The notes under the pieces were generated by a model. It was not told the DNA's origin and made no database searches. It saw only the letters and a list, made by a program, of their open reading frames with translations. A DNA stretch of 64,000 nucleotides from IMG/VR virus record IMGVR_UViG_3300032237_001007, positions 47,021-111,020 of that record. One strand, given 5' to 3'. Origin of the DNA: a virus (Duplodnaviria; Caudoviricetes). The position numbers were made by a program, and so were the translations under genes. This document shows, one piece after another, positions 36,165-43,233 of this stretch; positions within the stretch are counted from its first letter, which is position 1; each line of letters opens with the position of its first letter.

Positions 36165-36227
36165 TTGATCTTATTATTAGTGGATATATTTATTTAGAAA
36201 TAAATATTATTGATATTCTAACGAAAA

Positions 36228-36611
36228 ATGGAATTATCAAATTTTGGAGAAAAACTTGCAGATAAAGTTGCCGGAACTCTTGGAACTTGGAGATTTATTG
36301 TAATTCAAATTGCAATAATTATATTATGGGCAACTTTGAATGCACTGCCTAAAAACAAAATAGATCCATATCCATATTCATTTCTGAATTTAATTCTTGG
36401 AGTTCAAGCAGCACTGACTGGACCTATTCTTTTAATTGCCGGAAATCGTCAGGAAGAAATGGATAGAAAAAGAGCAATTGAAAATTTGGAAATTGATAAG
36501 ATCAGTTATAAAGATTTAAAGCAAATATCAGAAAGAATTGAAGATCAATTTAAACATTTAGATGGTGATATGGAAACCATTAGAGAAGAGATAATAGATT
36601 TACATAAATAG
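36228..36611 (+). CDS. DUF1003 family membrane protein, copy 1
   Basis: LADKVA..LGTWRF, DPYPYSFLNL, QAALTGPILLIAGNRQ. Confidence 0.85.
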   Translation: MELSNFGEKLADKVAGTLGTWRFIVIQIAIIILWATLNALPKNKIDPYPYSFLNLILGVQAALTGPILLIAGNRQEEMDRKRAIENLEIDKISYKDLKQISERIEDQFKHLDGDMETIREEIIDLHK

Positions 36612-36634
36612 TATTAACCATTACTTTTAGCAAA

Positions 36635-37060
36635 ATGTCACGCCAGAAGTCTTGTGATGAGACTTTGACGTTAGGACAAAAAGTTGCTGACAAGTGTTCT
36701 AATACCATTGGTTCTTGGAGATTTATAATAATTCAGTCAACCCTTTTAGCATTCTGGATTATTTTAAATGTCTCATTACCAAACAATAAAAAATGGGATA
36801 ATTATCCCTTTATACTTTTAAATCTGATGTTGTCTTTTCAGGCAGCATATACAGGTCCAGTTCTTTTAATGGCAGCAAATCGTCAATCTGAAATTGATCG
36901 TAAGAGGGCAATTGAAAATTTAGAAATTGATAGAACAGATCATAAAGTTATTATTGCTTTAGAGAAACATATTGATAAACACTTTCACATTTTAAATCAA
37001 AGAATGAATGAAATTGAAAAGCAAAAAGTAGAACCTAAAAAGGACAGATGGTTATTCTAA
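36635..37060 (+). CDS. DUF1003 family membrane protein, copy 2
   Basis: VADK...IGSWRF, DNYPFILLNLMLSFQAAYTGPVLLMAANRQ. Confidence 0.88.
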   Translation: MSRQKSCDETLTLGQKVADKCSNTIGSWRFIIIQSTLLAFWIILNVSLPNNKKWDNYPFILLNLMLSFQAAYTGPVLLMAANRQSEIDRKRAIENLEIDRTDHKVIIALEKHIDKHFHILNQRMNEIEKQKVEPKKDRWLF

Positions 37061-37153
37061 ATAAGCATCTTTGAGAATTTTATAGATTACTAACATAGTT
37101 CCCAGTAATCCAATACCAAGTAGAATATTTACACTCCATACAGTATCAGTCAT
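37052..37153 (-). CDS. 33-aa single-pass membrane peptide (MTDTVWSVNILLGIGLLG...)
   Basis: Hand-translated; overlaps stop of 37150-37341 ORF (ATGA coupling). Confidence 0.55.
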   Translation of the reverse strand: MTDTVWSVNILLGIGLLGTMLVIYKILKDAYLE

Positions 37154-37341
37154 TTACGTTCCTCTTTGTGTATCCAAGTTTTTAAATCACCTACATATTT
37201 TCTTAATATTTCTGCCTGTGATAAATGCCATTCATCTCCTGTTTTTAAGTGAATCTTAACGTGTTCATCTATAGCATCAAGACACTTTTTAATTACAGGA
37301 TTCCAAGGTTCTCTAAGTGGAGTATTGAATTCTCTTGGCAT
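37150..37341 (-). CDS. Hypothetical protein
   Basis: GAGGA RBS on minus strand; REPWN...AID.H. Confidence 0.7.
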   Translation of the reverse strand: MPREFNTPLREPWNPVIKKCLDAIDEHVKIHLKTGDEWHLSQAEILRKYVGDLKTWIHKEERK

Positions 37342-37429
37342 AAATCCTCACATTTTTTGCCTTAGTTTAATATTATTTATTATTGTATAGTTAATCTAAA
37401 TAGTAAAATAGAGAGAATAAAATAATCAA

Positions 37430-37909
37430 ATGAATTTTTTAAATTTAAAGAGATTGTATGAATCATATCTTTCAATATACAATGATGATTTGACTGAAAT
37501 TTATAATTTTTTTAAATTATCTGGAAATCACCTTACCAAAAAGCAATTTGAAAAACTTGCTGATAAGTTTATTGATTATTGTGTGAAATATTTAAAGATT
37601 AAAAACAAACCAAAAGTTCATTTTGTAGAAGATCCTAAATTTGCCGAAAGAATTGGTGCTTTTGGTGCAATTACTGCAAATGATAAAATTACAATTGATA
37701 TCTTAGATCGTCATCCAATGGATATTCTTCGTACTACAGCACATGAACTAGTTCATTTTAAACAACATGAAATGAATGTTCGTAAACCAGGAAGTGGACA
37801 TGTAGGAAGTCCTACTGAGAATGAAGCAAATAAAAAGGCAGGAATTATTTTAAGAAACTTTGGTTCTGATCATCCAGAATTATTTGAATTATCTTCAGTA
37901 AAAAAATAA
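37430..37909 (+). CDS. Zincin-like metallopeptidase with family N-terminal motif
   Basis: AHELVHFKQ (HExxH) and ENEAN; LKRLYESYLSIY start; CTAAATA upstream. Confidence 0.75.
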   Translation: MNFLNLKRLYESYLSIYNDDLTEIYNFFKLSGNHLTKKQFEKLADKFIDYCVKYLKIKNKPKVHFVEDPKFAERIGAFGAITANDKITIDILDRHPMDILRTTAHELVHFKQHEMNVRKPGSGHVGSPTENEANKKAGIILRNFGSDHPELFELSSVKK

Positions 37910-37929
37910 ATATAAATTTTAAATTAATA

Positions 37930-38253
37930 TTATTCCCAAGGAAGTTGTTCTGTAATTGTTTTAGGTTTAGGGGGATTTACTACAGAATTAATCCAGGCAG
38001 CATTGTTCACTTCAAAATTTCCAAGATTAGGACCAAGTTCAGATTTAACCCAACCAATTACTATTTCTTGTGTAAGATCTGCATATGGAATTGGATTTGA
38101 TAGATTATCGGTTTCTAATTTTACCATTCCTCCACTGCGGGTAGAAATAGTTCCATTAGTTGATTCCACTTCAAAATTTACATTTGCAACGATTTTTTTA
38201 TCATCATTAAGTTGATCTAAATTTTTTATAGACCATGTATGAGTAATCTTCAT
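37930..38253 (-). CDS. Tail-fibre-associated-like small protein
   Basis: TWSI..L, IPYADLTQEIVIGWVK, LPW end; TATAAATA on minus strand 38277-38284. Confidence 0.6.
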   Translation of the reverse strand: MKITHTWSIKNLDQLNDDKKIVANVNFEVESTNGTISTRSGGMVKLETDNLSNPIPYADLTQEIVIGWVKSELGPNLGNFEVNNAAWINSVVNPPKPKTITEQLPWE

Positions 38254-38350
38254 GCTATTATCTGCGTATAAAAATTTATTTATAAGTATATGGTTATTTT
38301 GTGTTAGTTATGTTATAATATAAATAAATCGCGTTTAAAATTATTTTTTT

Positions 38351-38575
38351 ATGACCGAACAACAAGAACATCTTTCAAATCTCTTTAAACAGAGGCAGGC
38401 ACTCACTAGAGAAATTGAATCTTTAACAAATCAAGGAAATGTTAAAAAAGAAATTTTTTTGAAAGTTCAAGGTGCTATTGAATATCTTCAGCAAATTGGA
38501 GTTACTCTTCCTGAAACAGAAATTGCAGATACTCCTTCGGAAGTTCCAGTTGCGGAAGTGGCACAGGAATCTTGA
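38351..38575 (+). CDS. Small coiled-coil hypothetical protein
   Basis: TATAAATA 38319-38326; KVQGAIEYL. Confidence 0.7.
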   Translation: MTEQQEHLSNLFKQRQALTREIESLTNQGNVKKEIFLKVQGAIEYLQQIGVTLPETEIADTPSEVPVAEVAQES

Positions 38576-38600
38576 CAAATCCTAAATAATAACTTATTAT
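38544..38600 (+). promoter_or_regulatory. Palindromic element plus sigma70 promoter
   Basis: TTCCAGTTgcggAAGTGGCACA, TTGACA 38572-38577, 17 nt, TATTAT 38595-38600. Confidence 0.7.
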
Positions 38601-38606
38601 GAGTAA

Positions 38607-38720
38607 TCCCTAACACAGGGAAAACATCATGAGTCCTTGATGTGACAATTAGAGCCGTGGAAAGTGCCTCCCGAGAGGGATGGTGTACCCCCTTTCTATA
38701 CGGATGTAGAGTTCAATTAA
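38607..38720 (+). ncRNA. Candidate structured 5' leader RNA
   Basis: Hairpins CCCT/AGGG and ACATCA/TGATGT, then nested CCGT/ACGG, GGAAAG/CTTTCT, TCCC-GAGA-GGGA. Confidence 0.55.
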
Positions 38721-38725
38721 TCTTA

Positions 38726-39367
38726 ATGCAAAATTTCTTTACTGTAGCCCTGCCTCTTCTGGCAACGGTTACAACCAATACGGCAACACTGCCTTCCTTG
38801 TTTCCTCCTCCACCGGTAAATGGTTCTCCACCATTTTCAATTATTAAAGAGGAGCCTACATCAAAGACAGCAATCCGCGAGGTTGCTCCCGAAAATCCAA
38901 AAGAGAAAAGGCTAATTTGTAAAGGGTGTAATGAAAATGAAAATTCTGCCCTGGCATATTTCCAGGACATTGGTATTAAAGACAAAAACGCCCTTGCTAC
39001 CATCATGGGTAATATTCGCCAAGAGTCTACATTTGTGGCGGATATTTGTGAAGGTGGTAGTAGACGGTCTTATCATTCCTGTGGGGGTGGTTATGGACTA
39101 ATTCAGTGGACATCTTCTAATCGTTATTATGGATTGGGTGATTTTGCCAGAAAAATCGGTGGTTCACCATCGAGTATTCATACACAACTTCGTTATCTGA
39201 CGAATGAAGATCAGTGGAAACAAATTGAAGAGAGAATGAAAATTCCTGGTAAGTCCATTGATCGTTATATGAATTATACGTATAGTTGGATTGGATGGGG
39301 ACTCCATGGATCACGTACTTCATATGCTTATGATTATGCATCCCGTTTAACTTTATCAGAAGTTTGA
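38726..39367 (+). CDS. Phage tail-lysozyme-like muramidase with signal peptide
   Basis: IMGNIRQES, GYGLIQWT...R, QLRYL; hydrophobic N-terminus; ATG 38726 preferred. Confidence 0.8.
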   Translation: MQNFFTVALPLLATVTTNTATLPSLFPPPPVNGSPPFSIIKEEPTSKTAIREVAPENPKEKRLICKGCNENENSALAYFQDIGIKDKNALATIMGNIRQESTFVADICEGGSRRSYHSCGGGYGLIQWTSSNRYYGLGDFARKIGGSPSSIHTQLRYLTNEDQWKQIEERMKIPGKSIDRYMNYTYSWIGWGLHGSRTSYAYDYASRLTLSEV

Positions 39368-39373
39368 TATATA

Positions 39374-39400
39374 AGGGGAGTAATTTTGCTCCCCTTTTCT
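39374..39400 (+). terminator. Intrinsic terminator
   Basis: AAGGGGAGT/GCTCCCCTT then T-rich. Confidence 0.75.
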
Positions 39401-39401
39401 T

Positions 39402-39818
39402 ATGTTTAATTTTAATTTTGGAAATAAAAAACCAGATATAAAACAATATGCAATCATAGGAATTGTGTTGAGTTCTATTATTGCGGCACTTTCTCAATGT
39501 ACTCATATCAAAGAAAATACTATATGGGACTTATTTGATGAACTTCAAAGAAGATATTTTCCTCAAACAATTATTAACGATTTTATAATTAAAGATCCTG
39601 AAAAACTTAATCGGAGAATTCATAGAGATGTTGATAGAGCAATAGATCAGGTAACTCCAGAATACGATCGTATTATTCGTGAAGCAGATCAAAAATATAA
39701 ACCAAAATATGTTGATGAAAAGAATGATGAAAGTGTCTGCTATACTGATGAATGTAAGGCACTTGCACCTCCAATGAGGATTTGTTCTCCTTGGTGGGAT
39801 GATTGCCCTAAAAATTAG
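39402..39818 (+). CDS. Hypothetical membrane-anchored protein
   Basis: N-terminal TM segment, Cys-rich C-terminus. Confidence 0.7.
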   Translation: MFNFNFGNKKPDIKQYAIIGIVLSSIIAALSQCTHIKENTIWDLFDELQRRYFPQTIINDFIIKDPEKLNRRIHRDVDRAIDQVTPEYDRIIREADQKYKPKYVDEKNDESVCYTDECKALAPPMRICSPWWDDCPKN

Positions 39819-39853
39819 CTATATAAACATATCTTATTTTTTTGGAGATTACT

Positions 39854-40048
39854 ATGTCCGTATCACAAGAACTCTTAAATGCCGTTGAAGCATGGAAAGT
39901 AGAAGACGAAAAGTTTGCTGCTGGCAATAGTGCAGCAGGAACTCGTGCTCGTAAGGCACTTCAGGAAGTTGCCAAACTGGTCAAAGCCCGTAGAACCGAA
40001 ATCACTGAAGAAAAGAACGCTCGTAAGGAAGCAAAGGCAGCAGGTTGA
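39854..40048 (+). CDS. Hc1 (histone H1-like) family small protein
   Basis: EKF..GNSAAGTRARKAL.E...L....R..I; GGAG RBS. Confidence 0.75.
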   Translation: MSVSQELLNAVEAWKVEDEKFAAGNSAAGTRARKALQEVAKLVKARRTEITEEKNARKEAKAAG

Positions 40049-40073
40049 CTTTAGTGCCCTGATGCCTTATAGT
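40045..40073 (+). promoter_or_regulatory. Sigma70-type promoter for the tRNA/ncRNA array
   Basis: TTGACT-17 nt-TATAGT. Confidence 0.7.
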
Positions 40074-40081
40074 AGGTTCAC

Positions 40082-40156
40082 GGGTGAAGGAGGTCCAAAC
40101 TTCTTATAAATCCCACACCTCCCATGCCTCTCAACGATGCACAAACAGGGAGGTCT
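40082..40156 (+). ncRNA. Candidate structured RNA A
   Basis: AAGGAG/CTTCTT and ACCTCCC/GGGAGGT stems. Confidence 0.4.
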
Positions 40157-40159
40157 CTT

Positions 40160-40232
40160 GCCGCAGCAGCATGACGGATCATGCACCATCCTTCTAAGAT
40201 GTATGATATAGGTTCAAATCCTATCTGCGGTG
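40160..40232 (+). tRNA. tRNA-Arg(TCT)
   Basis: GCCGCAG/CTGCGGT acceptor, GCAT/ATGC D stem, loop CTTCTAA, ATAGG-TTCAAAT-CCTAT; no encoded CCA. Confidence 0.88.
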
Positions 40233-40259
40233 CTTGGAGTTTTTTCTCCATATATAAAC

Positions 40260-40316
40260 TGATAGAGGTTAAGTCCCTGTTATATCCTTATGAGATATCT
40301 CACACTTACTTCATCA
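40260..40316 (+). ncRNA. Candidate structured RNA B
   Basis: Nested TGAT/ATCA, TAAGT/ACTTA, ATATC/GATAT. Confidence 0.45.
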
Positions 40317-40319
40317 AAT

Positions 40320-40402
40320 GTAGGAAGTGCAACACCTCTCGCTGGTTCAGGCTGGATGATGTGAAAGATGATTCTGTCCGCACATAGAAATCTCTCCTAC
40401 CA
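40320..40402 (+). ncRNA. Candidate structured RNA C (pseudoknotted)
   Basis: GTAGGA/TCCTAC closing stem, GTG-caa-CAC, GGATG/TGTCC with ATGTG/CACAT crossing pair. Confidence 0.5.
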
Positions 40403-40408
40403 CAACAT

Positions 40409-40481
40409 TCCCCGATAGCTCAATTGGAAGAGCAAAGTGCTGTTAACACTGAGGTTGTTGGATCGTGCCCAACTCGGGGAG
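40409..40481 (+). tRNA. tRNA-Asn(GTT)
   Basis: TCCCCGA/TCGGGGA acceptor, GCTC/GAGC D stem, loop CTGTTAA, atypical T loop ATCGTGC. Confidence 0.88.
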
Positions 40482-40483
40482 TT

Positions 40484-40550
40484 CACTGCCCTCTAATGTA
40501 GTGAAAATCGCAGAAAGTGTCTTCTGCGGGTATCGGGCACTCGTTACCCA
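40484..40550 (+). ncRNA. Candidate structured RNA D (complementary loops)
   Basis: CACTGC/GTAGTG; CGCAGAA-AGTGTC-TTCTGCG; GGTATCG-GGCACT-CGTTACC. Confidence 0.55.
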
Positions 40551-40553
40551 TTT

Positions 40554-40625
40554 TCCGAAGTAGCTCAGTGATAGAGCAGGAATTTTGTAAATTTCAGGTC
40601 GCAGGTTTGATCCCTGTCTTCGGAT
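40554..40625 (+). tRNA. tRNA-Thr(TGT)
   Basis: TCCGAAG/CTTCGGA acceptor, GCTC/GAGC, loop TTTGTAA, GCAGG-TTTGATC-CCTGT. Confidence 0.85.
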
Positions 40626-40626
40626 C

Positions 40627-40655
40627 TTGACATAATACTCATTATGTATTATACT
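40627..40655 (+). promoter_or_regulatory. Sigma70-type promoter
   Basis: TTGACA-17 nt-TATACT. Confidence 0.75.
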
Positions 40656-40679
40656 TTCTTTTGTGTGAAGGAAGGGCGA

Positions 40680-40751
40680 TGAGAGTGATGCCAAAAGTAA
40701 GGCACCCCGACAAGGGATACAGTAGGAGGATGCAAAACCTTCCACTCTCAC
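40680..40751 (+). ncRNA. Candidate tRNA-like RNA E without a normal anticodon loop
   Basis: GAGAGTG/CACTCTC, TGCC/GGCA, CCC/GGG, GGAGG/CCTTC cloverleaf. Confidence 0.55.
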
Positions 40752-40755
40752 AAAT

Positions 40756-40827
40756 GCGGATGTAACTCAACGGTAGAGTTCCTGCCCTCCAAGCAGGTTG
40801 TTGCGTGTTCGAATCACGTCATCCGCT
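40756..40827 (+). tRNA. tRNA-Gly(TCC)
   Basis: GCGGATG/CATCCGC, ACTC/GAGT, CCTGC-CCTCCAA-GCAGG, GCGTG-TTCGAAT-CACGT, T discriminator. Confidence 0.92.
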
Positions 40828-40854
40828 TTCAAGATCGTAAAAACCGAAAAGGAG

Positions 40855-40888
40855 TTGACTGATCTTGAAAAGACTGCTATGATAAATA
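40855..40888 (+). promoter_or_regulatory. Sigma70 promoter overlapping a late-type ATAAATA
   Basis: TTGACT-17 nt-TATGAT immediately continuing into AAATA. Confidence 0.65.
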
Positions 40889-40965
40889 CTGAAACATTTG
40901 ATGCCCCAACTACTCGCATCAAACATAAAAAATTACAAATGTCGTTTAGTACTAAAAACACTTTT

Positions 40966-41841
40966 ATGAAAATCAAATCTATTGTTGCTGGTGCCGTTGC
41001 TGCTTCTGCAATGACCGCTCCTGCATTTGCAGGACAATTTCCTGATGTCTCTCCCACCAATTGGGCATATCAGGCAATTACTAACCTGAATGCTCGTTAT
41101 GGTTGCCTTGCTGGATATCCTAATGGCACTCTGAAGCCTGCTCAGTCTGCTACTCGTGCCGAAATGGCTGCTCTAACAAGTGCTTGCCTGGACCGCATTT
41201 CTGAGTTCTCTAGTGCCGAAGATGCCCGCACTGCTGCTGCTCTTCGTGCTGAGTTCTCTAAGGAACTTGCTGCTACTAATGCTCGTGTAACGACTCTGGA
41301 AGTTGCTTCCGCTCGTAAGGCACAAGGAGTTGGTGAATATGTTGGTGTTGGCGTTCTGTTGGACAAGCAGGGTGTTGCCGGTAATGGATATAGTGCAAAT
41401 CGCACTGTTTCTGGTGCCACCATTCAGGCACGTATTCCTTTTGCTACTGTTTGGGGCAATGAAGTTTCAGTTCGTCCTTATGCTAACTTTGTCGGTAGTC
41501 CTGCTGGTCAGATTGGTGCTGCTGGTGGTGCCCTTGCTACCTATGACTATTCCATCTCACGTAAGGTTCTTGCTGATGGAACTAAAGTAAGTCGTGCAAA
41601 TGTCTATGGTGGTATTGGTTATCAGGTTCCTTTTGTGAACAATACGACTTCCAATTATCAGTCTGCTATTGGATCACAAGGTCAAGTTGTTTTTGCTCTG
41701 GGCGTTGAAGGACGCATTACCAATTCTCTGGTTGGTTTTGCTGATGTTAAGTTCCCCACTACCAATGCTGCTAATAGCTATGGAGTTACTAGAGGTTCTT
41801 ATAGTCCAGTATTCACGACTGGTATCGGTATCAAGTTCTGA
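40966..41841 (+). CDS. SLH-domain outer-membrane beta-barrel protein (cyanobacterial porin-like N-terminus)
   Basis: Signal peptide ...APAFA, FPDVSPTNWAYQAI..L..RYGCLAGYPNG, TRAEMAA, coiled coil, amphipathic strands ending GIGIKF. Confidence 0.85.
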   Translation: MKIKSIVAGAVAASAMTAPAFAGQFPDVSPTNWAYQAITNLNARYGCLAGYPNGTLKPAQSATRAEMAALTSACLDRISEFSSAEDARTAAALRAEFSKELAATNARVTTLEVASARKAQGVGEYVGVGVLLDKQGVAGNGYSANRTVSGATIQARIPFATVWGNEVSVRPYANFVGSPAGQIGAAGGALATYDYSISRKVLADGTKVSRANVYGGIGYQVPFVNNTTSNYQSAIGSQGQVVFALGVEGRITNSLVGFADVKFPTTNAANSYGVTRGSYSPVFTTGIGIKF

Positions 41842-41864
41842 TAACCTACTCATAAATTGAGTTG

Positions 41865-41899
41865 AACCACCCCTTTATGGGGTGGTTTTTATATAAATA
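41865..41899 (+). terminator. Terminator followed by late promoter TATAAATA (41892-41899)
   Basis: AACCACCCC-tttat-GGGGTGGTT-TTT. Confidence 0.85.
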
Positions 41900-41917
41900 C
41901 CTAAAAGGTATTGTGTA

Positions 41918-42361
41918 ATGGAAAAACTTTTTAAACTATTAAGTGATGCCCAGGCATCACTTTTTGTTCTTTTTCAAAAAACATGGATTTATCACTGGGA
42001 TGTAGTTGGACCAGATTTTCAACAACTTCATACTATGTTTGGTGGTCAATATGAAACAATGTTTGAAGAGATTGATACTCTTACCGAACATATGAGATAT
42101 TTGGGTATGAAACCAGTCAGTACTCTTACGAGAATTACTGAAGTAACTCAAATTGATCAAGCATCTAATAGTGCTCAAGATGTTGATGCAAAAGAAATGA
42201 TAAAGCAACTTAGAGATGATAATAAAAAAATTGTTGATATTTTTGCCGATATTTCTGAAGAAGCAGATAAAGAAAGACAATTTGCAACTTCAAATTTAGT
42301 TCAAACTTTAATGGAAACTCATGGTAAATTCCACTGGATGTTAAGATCATTTTTAGAATAA
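41918..42361 (+). CDS. dps: Dps ferritin-like DNA protection protein
   Basis: YHWDVVGPDFQQLH.MF..QY, DTLTEHMR.LG, HGKFHWMLRS. Confidence 0.92.
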   Translation: MEKLFKLLSDAQASLFVLFQKTWIYHWDVVGPDFQQLHTMFGGQYETMFEEIDTLTEHMRYLGMKPVSTLTRITEVTQIDQASNSAQDVDAKEMIKQLRDDNKKIVDIFADISEEADKERQFATSNLVQTLMETHGKFHWMLRSFLE

Positions 42362-42371
42362 GGAGTTTAAA

Positions 42372-42623
42372 ATGCTAACTATAAGATGTAAAAATTGTAA
42401 TAAAGAATTAATAAGTCATCCAACAAAAACAAAATGTTGTGGATGCTCAAACATGACTACAATTAGAGGAGAAAATATTTCTGCACTTGATCTATCTAAT
42501 GTAATTATAATAGAAACAAACAAAGAAACTAAAAAATCCGGTGTTCTTACATATGAAGATCTTGCATGGCAAGAAGAAAGAAAGAAAAGAAAAGTTCGTA
42601 AATTAGACTTTGAAATTCGTTGA
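42372..42623 (+). CDS. Small zinc-ribbon hypothetical protein
   Basis: CKNC...CGCSN; AGGAG RBS. Confidence 0.72.
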   Translation: MLTIRCKNCNKELISHPTKTKCCGCSNMTTIRGENISALDLSNVIIIETNKETKKSGVLTYEDLAWQEERKKRKVRKLDFEIR

Positions 42624-42707
42624 AAATATTTGTTACAATTAATACATCTTTAAAATTTAAAAATTCAAATTATTATAAGTATTAGTATCCTATTGATACA
42701 TTAAAAA

Positions 42708-42857
42708 ATGGATCAACACACCTACAATAATTGGGTAAAGATTAAAGAAACATTTGAAAAATCTGGAAATACTAATAATATGTTTTATATTAGAGCATGT
42801 GAGATTGTTAAAACAAAAAAAGATCCACTTTCAAAATATCTTGGAGATAAACTATAA
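42708..42857 (+). CDS. Small hypothetical protein (49 aa, MDQHTYNNWVKIK...)
   Basis: Hand-translated ORF. Confidence 0.65.
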   Translation: MDQHTYNNWVKIKETFEKSGNTNNMFYIRACEIVKTKKDPLSKYLGDKL

Positions 42858-42861
42858 TTCG

Positions 42862-42914
42862 TGGACAGTTCTACAACTGTCCATCTTGACTTTAATTTCA
42901 TTTTGTCCTATACT
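42862..42914 (+). promoter_or_regulatory. Perfect palindromic element plus sigma70 promoter
   Basis: TGGACAGTT-ctac-AACTGTCCA, TTGACT 42886-42891, 17 nt, TATACT 42909-42914. Confidence 0.75.
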
Positions 42915-42937
42915 TATTGAGTAAACACATAAGAGCA

Positions 42938-43153
42938 ATGACGCTTACAACCAAATTTAAGAAAGAGATTCAAACTCTCAAATCTGCTGCAAATGGAGAT
43001 TTTTTTCTTGATGTAAAAAATCCAAAACTTTATAAAAAAGTTCGTCGTTATTATGAAAACGAGGGTGTAGTATTTTCAGGAGATATTATGGATGATTATG
43101 AAATTCTTATGGAATATGTTTATAACGATTTGCAAACTATAGAGGTTGCATAA
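42938..43153 (+). CDS. Conserved cyanophage hypothetical protein
   Basis: LDVKNPKLYKKVRRYY..EGVVFSGD. Confidence 0.72.
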   Translation: MTLTTKFKKEIQTLKSAANGDFFLDVKNPKLYKKVRRYYENEGVVFSGDIMDDYEILMEYVYNDLQTIEVA

Positions 43154-43233
43154 AGATTAATCTTTTAAGACATTAATCATGTGTAAATAGTAATGTATAG
43201 ATTTTAAAACCACCGGTCGTGAGTAACTCCTCA

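Noticed and set aside
40181-41060. ORFs 40181-40387 (+), 40443-40751 (-), 40767-41060 (-) and the 40798 start of the SLH gene
   Set aside because: They overlap tRNA genes; ATG 40966 gives a proper signal peptide
42631-42646. NtcA-like site TGTTacaattaaTACA
   Set aside because: One mismatch to GTA-N8-TAC and spacing to a -10 box does not fit; plausible by chance in AT-rich DNA
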